Of a stretch of DNA of 64,000 nt, positions 29,028 through 36,488 are shown in pieces. Under the pieces are notes generated by a model, which was given only the letters and a program-made list of their open reading frames with translations, had not been told where the DNA came from and searched no databases. The number at the start of each line of letters is the position of its first letter. Position 1 is the first letter of the stretch. The position numbers and the translations under genes were made by a program. Location of the stretch: the IMG/VR virus record IMGVR_UViG_3300025372_000001. One strand, written 5' to 3'. The stretch comes from a virus. Taxonomy: Duplodnaviria > Caudoviricetes.

Positions 29028-31584
29028 ATTGTAATTTAGGGTCGGGCATTTTCCATTTCAAGGCATCATACATAGGTTCCAAACTTTTAATAATATCATA
29101 AAAAAACATTTTTTCATAATCTGCTTCCAGTCCGAACTCTTTTGGTAATTGATCTTGATAGGCTATTCCAGGTAAATTGTATTTATTATCCTTAATATGT
29201 AACATCTTGATCTTTGAACCGTTTTCAATCTTCCTATAAACATTCTCTAAATTATTAGTCTTAATTAATTCATTGTGCCAAATACTTAACTTAGCTGCTC
29301 TTGTGGTTCCTTTGGCAGTATTCAATCCATTATTCTTGGTATCCCATTTACTAAGAACCTTGATTCCTCCTCGTTCTGCAATATCATTAACTGAAAAGGT
29401 TTTAAATTCTTCATAGGCATCAAAGATCATTTGATCTGCAATTTTTTGATCTTTTGTTCCCATGATAATTTCCACAATCTTCTTAGAAATATCTTTTGAA
29501 CGGGCAGATAAGGTTGATTTAGCGAGGCGAACACCTGAATACTTAAAAGTGTTCATTTTCTTACCTTCCTTGTTAAGGATGTACATTACATAGTGTTTCT
29601 TACCCATCCACATAGCTTTAGGGCAAACGCTTTCCCTTTTAAAGACAAATCGCGGATCAGCAGAATTCAATTTTTCGATGGCCCAAGTGTTGATTTCTTT
29701 ATTTAAATGGTCGGAAATCTTATTTTCTATTTCATTGAATCCATCAGTCAAATTCCTATTTTCATCAAAAATATCCACCCCTACTTTTTGCATAATATCC
29801 TTAAGAGAAACACCTAAGGAATCCGTGTCGGAGAATATGATTCTATCTTTCTTTTCCAATCCCCATTCAGAAACCAAATAATCGTTCACTATATTTGCAC
29901 TCTTCTTAATCATTGCTTGTCCAGAAGTAGTAATAGATGTTGCACAATCTAATTCATATAAAGCAAAATATCTATTAGCAAATGCCCCGTAAGTCGAATT
30001 TAGAAGAATCTTATAAAGATATTGTTCTACATCTTTTTGAGATGAAAGCGTTTTTAATTGATTATATTCCAATGAATCTTTATCTAAAAGTTCCATCTGT
30101 TTTTCAATTTGAAACATTTCATTTTTAACCTTCTTACGTTTTTGATAAAGAACATCACAGAAACTTGCTGCAATACCTTTAACATTTTGATCATACATGA
30201 CTCCATTAGCTGCAAGCGACCAATTCTTTTGTTTAAGAATATCATGTAATTTATCTTTAGCAATCTCAACGGTTTTATTCTTCCTAGTCAGCAGAATCGT
30301 ATGAATATCATTCTCAGTTTTAATGATCTTGGCAACCTTTGTTTCAGGAGAAATATTAAGCGTAATGATATTAGATGGATAAAGAGAATTAGCATCGAAA
30401 CTAACTACGTCTTCGTATAAACCTTCTTCGGGTTGTTTAACATAACCACCAGGAATCTTTTCTGCATCATCTGCTCCTTTTTGAGTAGAAATATATTTTC
30501 CATCTTCTAAAGATTGTTTTGCCAAAACTCCTGTAATAATTGCTGTTTTACCAAATGCTTTATCAAGGTTACAAAATCCACTGAATGCAGAAAACTTAGC
30601 AATCTCTAAGTATTTCTTTTTTGCATCCAACATAACTAATAACTTAACATCCCAAATATTATAATTGATAAATTTATCCCAATCTTCATTACAAAGTTCT
30701 TGGAGGGATTTATCACCATATTCTAATTTACCCTTTCCTAATTCAGAGAAGGTGACAAAATCAAGAGAATCACTTTCCCGTTCACCAGGAGTGAAATATT
30801 TATAAAGAACCATATAATCAATATGCGCAATTCCCCCTAGTTCATATTCGATATATTGTTGTCCAAAACGATTAGTTGTTTCCTTTCCGTAAATGCTATT
30901 AACAGGGGAAAGATTCTTACTATATCCTTCACCAAATAGGTGTTCTAATCTATTAACGATATAAGGCTGGTCAAAACTGAAGCTGTTATATCCACAAATA
31001 ATATCAGGAAAATTAGCTCTCCAAAATCTAACGAACTTCTTTAATAGAACGGTTTCATCTTGGCAATAATCATAAACAATTTCTTCTGGTTCTACATCAG
31101 TTAAATCGTCTTTACACGAATAATCATCGTATGGGTTAATTCCCCATGTGAAATATTTTTTCTTAAGCGTATCAAAAATTGTAATAGAAGTAATGGGATA
31201 TTTTGCTTCCATTGGATTAGGAAACTCATCTGCAATAACTTCAATATCGAAAAAGAATGTTCTTAAAGGATTTGCTGTTAGCTCATTAATATCTTTATTA
31301 TGATAAAGGTCTAAGAGATATTGTTGAGTAGGAGGGAGATTATAATAAATCTTGGTTTGACAAGTTTTAACAAATTTGGTTCTTTCGTAATTATTATTAA
31401 ATTCCCTTTTAAGAAGGGGAACACCATCGATACCAATACCGTCTTGTTTATCTTTGGAAGGGGAAGGAACAAGAAGATAAGGTTTATAGTTCTTGATTAT
31501 GCGTGAAGGAAGACCATCGGTAGTCCAAGTGAAATGGTGAATTTGGGATTTTTTATGATCATACCAACAATTTCTATAACTCAT
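28996..31584 (-). CDS. gp43: Family B DNA polymerase gp43
   Basis: Exo FFDIEV, GYNSFSFDQPY, YNIWDV; Pol SFDANSLYPS, KILLNSTYG, FSDTDS, KKHY. Confidence 0.97.
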   Translation of the reverse strand: MSYRNCWYDHKKSQIHHFTWTTDGLPSRIIKNYKPYLLVPSPSKDKQDGIGIDGVPLLKREFNNNYERTKFVKTCQTKIYYNLPPTQQYLLDLYHNKDINELTANPLRTFFFDIEVIADEFPNPMEAKYPITSITIFDTLKKKYFTWGINPYDDYSCKDDLTDVEPEEIVYDYCQDETVLLKKFVRFWRANFPDIICGYNSFSFDQPYIVNRLEHLFGEGYSKNLSPVNSIYGKETTNRFGQQYIEYELGGIAHIDYMVLYKYFTPGERESDSLDFVTFSELGKGKLEYGDKSLQELCNEDWDKFINYNIWDVKLLVMLDAKKKYLEIAKFSAFSGFCNLDKAFGKTAIITGVLAKQSLEDGKYISTQKGADDAEKIPGGYVKQPEEGLYEDVVSFDANSLYPSNIITLNISPETKVAKIIKTENDIHTILLTRKNKTVEIAKDKLHDILKQKNWSLAANGVMYDQNVKGIAASFCDVLYQKRKKVKNEMFQIEKQMELLDKDSLEYNQLKTLSSQKDVEQYLYKILLNSTYGAFANRYFALYELDCATSITTSGQAMIKKSANIVNDYLVSEWGLEKKDRIIFSDTDSLGVSLKDIMQKVGVDIFDENRNLTDGFNEIENKISDHLNKEINTWAIEKLNSADPRFVFKRESVCPKAMWMGKKHYVMYILNKEGKKMNTFKYSGVRLAKSTLSARSKDISKKIVEIIMGTKDQKIADQMIFDAYEEFKTFSVNDIAERGGIKVLSKWDTKNNGLNTAKGTTRAAKLSIWHNELIKTNNLENVYRKIENGSKIKMLHIKDNKYNLPGIAYQDQLPKEFGLEADYEKMFFYDIIKSLEPMYDALKWKMPDPKLQYEATLEEIFG

Positions 31585-31590
31585 TGATGA

Positions 31591-31619
31591 ACTATATCAC
31601 GGAATCAGTTTTCAAGCAA
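31591..31619 (-). promoter_or_regulatory. Sigma70-like promoter abutting the gp43 start
   Basis: TTGCTT-17-TATAGT (with TGn) then 6 nt to ATG 31584. Confidence 0.45.
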
Positions 31620-31940
31620 TTTATTTTCTCCACCTTCTTCGAGCCATCCATCTGTATCTTCCACCTTAAATTTAGGACGATCTGCTAACCATTCATCAGG
31701 AGCAGAACGAAAATTTGCTTCAAAGCCATGGAAAATAGAAGCAGCATAAATCATTCCATTAAGCATACCGTGCATATATGAATCGTAATTCCAATTACCA
31801 TTTGATCCTTGGACTGCAATCATACTTTGTAATCGTTCATAATCATATTGCCAATCAATAAGCTTTTTCTTCTTAAGCTCCTGAGCGATAATCTCTTCTT
31901 TTGATAAAGTTTCTCTTATTTCTGTTTGGGGTGTTTCCAT
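31605..31940 (-). CDS. Hypothetical protein
   Basis: 111-aa ORF (QGSNGNWNYDSYMHGMLNGM motif). Confidence 0.6.
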   Translation of the reverse strand: METPQTEIRETLSKEEIIAQELKKKKLIDWQYDYERLQSMIAVQGSNGNWNYDSYMHGMLNGMIYAASIFHGFEANFRSAPDEWLADRPKFKVEDTDGWLEEGGENKLLEN

Positions 31941-31941
31941 T

Positions 31942-32814
31942 TTATTGAAATTGTTCTTTATTCAATTCAGCAAACATCGGAAATGCTTTGCGTTTTTCAC
32001 TTCCATATTCAGTAGAATAAATTGTAACCAATTCATCCAAGTGATCTTTTAGAATATATTTCTTTGCATATTCTCTGCCAAATTCGATTGCCTCTTGATA
32101 ATTGGTTTTATTTTTTAATACTTCTTCAATCATCTGCATCATTTGTTCACCAGTATCAAACAGATATTTCCATCCATCAAAATTATAACATTCTAGATTT
32201 TGTGCAATCACAGGAATACCAAATGCTCCACCTTCTGTCAATTTAATATTGGATTTGGCTCGATTGAATTCATTTTTCTCTAAAGGAGCAAGCATGATTT
32301 GACAATTTAAATTCCTAATAAAATCAGGATATTCAGGAAGAGGAATCCATGGATGAAATTCTACTCCTCTTCCAATAAATTCTCTTAGTCTATAAGGTAA
32401 TGCTCCTCCGAGGAATACCCATTCATATTTCTTCTTATTAAGAAGATCATCAATAATGTAGGAATTGATATGTGAAAAATCGTCTTTTTGACCATTTTTA
32501 TTAACTACATCGAAATGTGTTGCACTTCCTGCATATAGAATTCTTGGTTTCTTGTTCTTACTTTTCTTATAATTGAAAAGAAGTTTGTCCATGTTGAAAC
32601 CAATATCTACTAGATGCTTTGGAGCATAGTTAGGAAGAACGGTAATCTTATGGAAATCTAGTCTTTCTTCATAAAGTTTCTTCATATATGGGGATACAAC
32701 TGTTACTTCATCGCAATTTTTAACTAAAATATTATTAGCATAAAAATTATGATTTTTTTCTACGGTTAAATCATAGACAGGTCTTTTCTTCGAAAGCTTT
32801 TTTATAGTTATCAT
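31942..32814 (-). CDS. Split intein C-fragment (33 aa) fused to the C-half of a GT-B (GT4-like) glycosyltransferase
   Basis: IntC block F/G VYDLTVEKNHNFYANNILVKN|C; extein CDEVTVVSP…RILYAGSATH…IMLAPLEKNEFNRAKSNIKLTEGGAFGIPVIA. Confidence 0.9.
   Translation of the reverse strand: MITIKKLSKKRPVYDLTVEKNHNFYANNILVKNCDEVTVVSPYMKKLYEERLDFHKITVLPNYAPKHLVDIGFNMDKLLFNYKKSKNKKPRILYAGSATHFDVVNKNGQKDDFSHINSYIIDDLLNKKKYEWVFLGGALPYRLREFIGRGVEFHPWIPLPEYPDFIRNLNCQIMLAPLEKNEFNRAKSNIKLTEGGAFGIPVIAQNLECYNFDGWKYLFDTGEQMMQMIEEVLKNKTNYQEAIEFGREYAKKYILKDHLDELVTIYSTEYGSEKRKAFPMFAELNKEQFQ
32716..32814 (-). mobile_element. IntC of a naturally split intein
   Basis: Terminal Asn followed by Cys+1; block F Asp and His present. 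Confidence 0.9.
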
Positions 32815-33067
32815 ATACGTTTAATAAATCAATATTTAATACTTTATTGGGATCAATACAAGTTAGTTGTGAAAGTTCAACTTTGATATTTTGTGCTAAA
32901 CATTTTTCCAAAACTTTTTCACACAATCCTACATGTTTTTTACCATTAAACATATAAGGAGAATATGTTTGAGGAAGTCCAACACTTTTTCGAAAATTGC
33001 GCCACTTTTTATAATGTAGATGTTTTTTATCAAGGAAATACTGAAATACAGTATCAATTAATCGTTG
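32771..33067 (-). pseudogene. Decayed second copy of the C-terminal domain of the adjacent GIY-YIG endonuclease
   Basis: Same frame as the endonuclease, after TAG-GAA-ATT-TAA; LIDTVFQYFL…W…VGLPQTYSPYMFNG…G…LEKC aligns with IIDKAIEYFL…W…MGYPQNY…FRFNG…G…LAEC. Confidence 0.65.
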
Positions 33068-33082
33068 TCTATATTAAATTTC

Positions 33083-33916
33083 CTAGTTTTTTTCCAGTTG
33101 TTCGGCAGTTTTCTCTTTTTTAGATGGCACCTGCTCCCATTTATTTTTATATTTGTCAGGCAAATCTTGTGGCGTAAAGGGAGTAGCATATTCCGCGTAT
33201 ATATTAAAAAGTTCTATGAAACTTCTTCCTCGCATTATATCACATACCATTTCATTGAAAAAAACAGGGATACTTCTTTTTTTGCATTCTGCTAAGAATG
33301 CTTTGTAGAATCCTCTGGTTCCTTCGCCATTAAATCTAAATTTACTTTTTTTATCATAGTTCTGAGGATAACCCATAGTTTTACAATATTTTAGCCAGGG
33401 AGTAGCGTATATATTTCGACGTATCAGAAAATATTCGATGGCTTTATCTATAATCATAACATCAGTTACACCCGTGTATCTACCATTTTTCTCTCCACTA
33501 ACTACTTCTGATCTGATTTTTCTATATTTTTCGTCTTTATAGAAATCTCGATTTCTTGCAAATGGATCGTATACTGCTCCATTTTTTAACATATTGTATC
33601 CTTTTTCACAATTAGTACTATCATATAATGCGATATATTTCTCTTCTATTTCTAATGCCTCATTATGATCGGTGGTGATAGCTAATACTTCGTATGTCAA
33701 ATTCTCTGCCCCATATTTTCGAATAGCATGTTTTAATCTTGTTAAATTTTCGATTTCGTGACTTTTCCCGACACAGTTAGCAACATATATATGCTGTTTA
33801 ATTCGATGTAAAGGTTCTCGCTTTGTATATCCGATATATACTTTATTATTTAAATTAATTTTATATATAGAATATGTGATGGGTTTCTTTTCAGTAGTAA
33901 CAATATCGTCGGACAT
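33083..33916 (-). CDS. Free-standing GIY-YIG homing endonuclease (Seg-like)
   Basis: SIYKI…VYIGYT…R…H, AIRKYG…F/L.YEVL, E..YI…GYN. Confidence 0.9.
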   Translation of the reverse strand: MSDDIVTTEKKPITYSIYKINLNNKVYIGYTKREPLHRIKQHIYVANCVGKSHEIENLTRLKHAIRKYGAENLTYEVLAITTDHNEALEIEEKYIALYDSTNCEKGYNMLKNGAVYDPFARNRDFYKDEKYRKIRSEVVSGEKNGRYTGVTDVMIIDKAIEYFLIRRNIYATPWLKYCKTMGYPQNYDKKSKFRFNGEGTRGFYKAFLAECKKRSIPVFFNEMVCDIMRGRSFIELFNIYAEYATPFTPQDLPDKYKNKWEQVPSKKEKTAEQLEKN

Positions 33917-33942
33917 TAAAACTATTTATACTACGACGATAT
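33903..33942 (-). promoter_or_regulatory. Late promoter TATAAATA and the endonuclease start codon enclosed by a 9-bp inverted repeat
   Basis: atatcgtcg (33903-33911) / cgacgatat (33934-33942); TATAAATA at 33923-33930. Confidence 0.6.
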
Positions 33943-33943
33943 A

Positions 33944-34822
33944 TTATACAATATCTAATATATCATTTGATAATAATTCTTCTGCAATAACCCATCCTCT
34001 ATTCTTAGTAAAGATTGGATGATCCGGTGTACAAATAATAGAATGTCCCGAAACACTATCAGTAATCTCTAAAACATCAGCACTATCATTCGTCATCTCG
34101 CATGCTAATAAAGATTTAAATTCTATAACATTGGTATCTAAATCTTTGGACAAAACTTTGATATTTTTGCCTTCATCAAAATATTCTTTAAGTTCTTTAA
34201 GATCAATGTCCATATAAATCCCATCAACTATGGTATTAATGATGGATGATTCATCTACGCATAAATGAACTATTTCTTTTACAATCTTTTCGATTTTATT
34301 ATCTAGGAAACCTTCGCGACAAGCATTATACATTGGCAAGGTGTCAATAAAAATACTATCGTCCACTTCCCACACGATTCTAAATCCCTTACCTGTTTGT
34401 CGCTTAAATTCATTAGAGACTTCTCGTAAAAATTTAACGAATTCTAATTGAGGTTCAGTACATTGTCTCTGAACACGAACGGCATCAATTGCTCCATAGA
34501 AATGAGGAACCATTACCATTTGATATAGGGTCATTACTACTGCTTTATTGTATGCAAGAAGGTCGTCGGCAGGCCAAATCATCCGCCAAAATCCACAACC
34601 AGATTGATCGGCACAATAATGAATGACTCTAGGAAGACCTTCACCAGGAACAGGAATTTTAAAAGGTTCAGGTTTAGGTAGAGGAGTCCAAGGTTTTTTA
34701 GAAATAGGATTATGTCCTATGTGCTTCTTAAAAGGTGTTAAAGGGTGATTATGAGAAGGAGGTTGAGTAGGAACTATACCGGGAACTTTAATATTTGTCT
34801 GGGGTGTAACGAAAGAAGCCAT
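33944..34822 (-). CDS. N-half of a GT-B glycosyltransferase (187 aa) fused to the split intein N-fragment (105 aa)
   Basis: Extein DQSGCGFWRMIWP…VQRQ…WEVDD; IntN CVDESSII…CTPDHPIFTKNRGWVIAEELLSNDIL*. Confidence 0.9.
   Translation of the reverse strand: MASFVTPQTNIKVPGIVPTQPPSHNHPLTPFKKHIGHNPISKKPWTPLPKPEPFKIPVPGEGLPRVIHYCADQSGCGFWRMIWPADDLLAYNKAVVMTLYQMVMVPHFYGAIDAVRVQRQCTEPQLEFVKFLREVSNEFKRQTGKGFRIVWEVDDSIFIDTLPMYNACREGFLDNKIEKIVKEIVHLCVDESSIINTIVDGIYMDIDLKELKEYFDEGKNIKVLSKDLDTNVIEFKSLLACEMTNDSADVLEITDSVSGHSIICTPDHPIFTKNRGWVIAEELLSNDILDIV
33947..34261 (-). mobile_element. IntN of a naturally split intein
   Basis: Cys1 at 34259-34261; block B TxxH with the RGW.AeeL..D tail, then a stop codon. 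Confidence 0.9.
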
Positions 34823-34849
34823 CTTAAACGTATTTAAGATGGCTTCTTT
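34812..34849 (-). promoter_or_regulatory. Perfect 17-bp hairpin sequestering the GT-N start codon, with a late promoter in the upstream arm and loop
   Basis: aaagaagccatcttaaa-cgta-tttaagatggcttcttt; ATG at 34822 in the stem; TAAATA at 34831-34836. Confidence 0.8.
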
Positions 34850-34870
34850 TTATAATCAATGCTAATTAAA

Positions 34871-35164
34871 TTAACTATTAAAGAATTGAATTAATTGATC
34901 TTTAGTTTTACCGCCAACTTGTCGTCCTACTTCTACCCCATTTTTATAATGGATAATAGTTGGAACGGCACGAATACCTTCTTGAGAAGCTAGATTACTC
35001 GCTTCATCAGTGTCCACTTTAATGATATTAATTTCTTCTGCTGCTTTCTCGATATTGGGGGCCATCATTTTACAAGGTGTGCAAAAACTTGCACTATATA
35101 CAATAATGAGGTTTTCGTCATTTGCGCGTTTAATTATAGCATCTTTTTCTGTTGTGTATTCCAT
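34871..35164 (-). CDS. trxA: Thioredoxin
   Basis: SASFCTPCKMMAP, IKVDTDE, GIRAVPTII…G. Confidence 0.9.
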   Translation of the reverse strand: MEYTTEKDAIIKRANDENLIIVYSASFCTPCKMMAPNIEKAAEEINIIKVDTDEASNLASQEGIRAVPTIIHYKNGVEVGRQVGGKTKDQLIQFFNS

Positions 35165-35973
35165 ACGTGGTTATTTAATCTTTCGTCTTTTCGTGTTAAA
35201 GTAATATGTGGATAATCGTTTATTCCTTTTATGAGAAGTTCCTGAACTGCATCTTTATTGAAATGTAAATCCCAATATTCCTTTTTTCTTTTACTTATTT
35301 TTCCTCCAAAAAAATATTGTAAGTCTTCTATGAATCCTTTACTGGCAGACACTATACTTATACGGTGTCCTGTTTTTGCTACCCAACCATCGCCATCTGT
35401 TACTCCACGTAAAAAACCTAATCTAAAGTTTTCAGTTGCGGTGGAAAAGGTTTCTATATTTATTCGAAGATCATAAGTCTTATTTGTAAATATCAGAAAT
35501 TGGTGAATGACGTTTTCAAATGCAGGCATCGTTGCAGTATATGCAATCTTATCAGTTTTTCCTAAAGTCGGGGGTTTTATACGGAAATCGGAAATATCTA
35601 TATCTTCTAATAAAGTATCAAAAAACTTAAATAAGCAATCCTTATCTTTTATTGCTAAAGTTATATCTATCCTACTAATCGTATTTTTAATCTTAAAATT
35701 GGTGTATAGGCAACCATCTGCGGCAAAAAATCCTAAACACCATCCCAAATCAAAATCGGATATATTTATTTTAGCTTTATGTTTTATTCTGCCACCTTTT
35801 TCAAAAAATGGACTTTTGATACCACTTTTCTTTCTTAACTCTGAAAGAGTTCGAGATTTTATCTCCAATAAATCACATAACTCTTTTCTATTTTTAGAAG
35901 AGTTATAAATTTTTAATAATTCGATTCGTTTTAAATTTATCTCATATTGTTGAGCGTTAGTATATTTTCGCAT
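35134..35973 (-). CDS. Free-standing double-motif LAGLIDADG homing endonuclease with an N-terminal HTH
   Basis: LGWCLGFFAADGCL and LGFLRGVTDGDGWV. Confidence 0.88.
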   Translation of the reverse strand: MRKYTNAQQYEINLKRIELLKIYNSSKNRKELCDLLEIKSRTLSELRKKSGIKSPFFEKGGRIKHKAKINISDFDLGWCLGFFAADGCLYTNFKIKNTISRIDITLAIKDKDCLFKFFDTLLEDIDISDFRIKPPTLGKTDKIAYTATMPAFENVIHQFLIFTNKTYDLRINIETFSTATENFRLGFLRGVTDGDGWVAKTGHRISIVSASKGFIEDLQYFFGGKISKRKKEYWDLHFNKDAVQELLIKGINDYPHITLTRKDERLNNHVWNTQQKKML

Positions 35974-36164
35974 TAAATAAAGTTTTGTTTCATAATTGCA
36001 AATTTTTCCAGAAATGGTCGTTCGGGTTCATTAAATCCTCCATTACCAGGAATAGCTAATCCTGTATATCCTTTATCATTTAAATATTTTACTTTAGAAA
36101 TATCCGTCAATAATGAACAATTTAAATAATTAATATCTTCTTCAGTTAATTGTATCTTTTCCAT
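35973..36164 (-). CDS. Small hypothetical protein
   Basis: 63-aa ORF; TAATG overlap with the next gene. Confidence 0.5.
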   Translation of the reverse strand: MEKIQLTEEDINYLNCSLLTDISKVKYLNDKGYTGLAIPGNGGFNEPERPFLEKFAIMKQNFI

Positions 36165-36175
36165 AGTCTTTTTAT

Positions 36176-36484
36176 TTATTCTATTGTTTTTGGTTGAGCT
36201 ACATTAAACCTGTTATTATCAACAATATCAATACCTAATTGTTCCCAGCATTGTACATCTACAATATCAGGCCCAAATATTGCATCAAATGATACTGAGA
36301 CAGCTTCCTCATGAAGGAATTTAAAATCATCTAATCCGTCAAATATCCTTAAATTTCCTTTATAAGGAATATCTCTTACAATTTCGATACAATATCTATC
36401 ATCTAGTATATTTCCGTCTATTACATTTTCTCCACGTTGTACCGGTCCTTTATCAGTTATATCAAATTTACAAATTGGTTTCAT
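36176..36484 (-). CDS. Hypothetical protein
   Basis: 102-aa ORF in the operon. Confidence 0.6.
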   Translation of the reverse strand: MKPICKFDITDKGPVQRGENVIDGNILDDRYCIEIVRDIPYKGNLRIFDGLDDFKFLHEEAVSVSFDAIFGPDIVDVQCWEQLGIDIVDNNRFNVAQPKTIE

Positions 36485-36488
36485 AATT

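Noticed and set aside
32815-33943. Group I intron or read-through joining the two GT halves at the RNA level
   Set aside because: Both halves carry complete split-intein motifs with their own start and stop codons, two in-frame stops follow IntN, IntC is in another frame, and I saw no intron core structure
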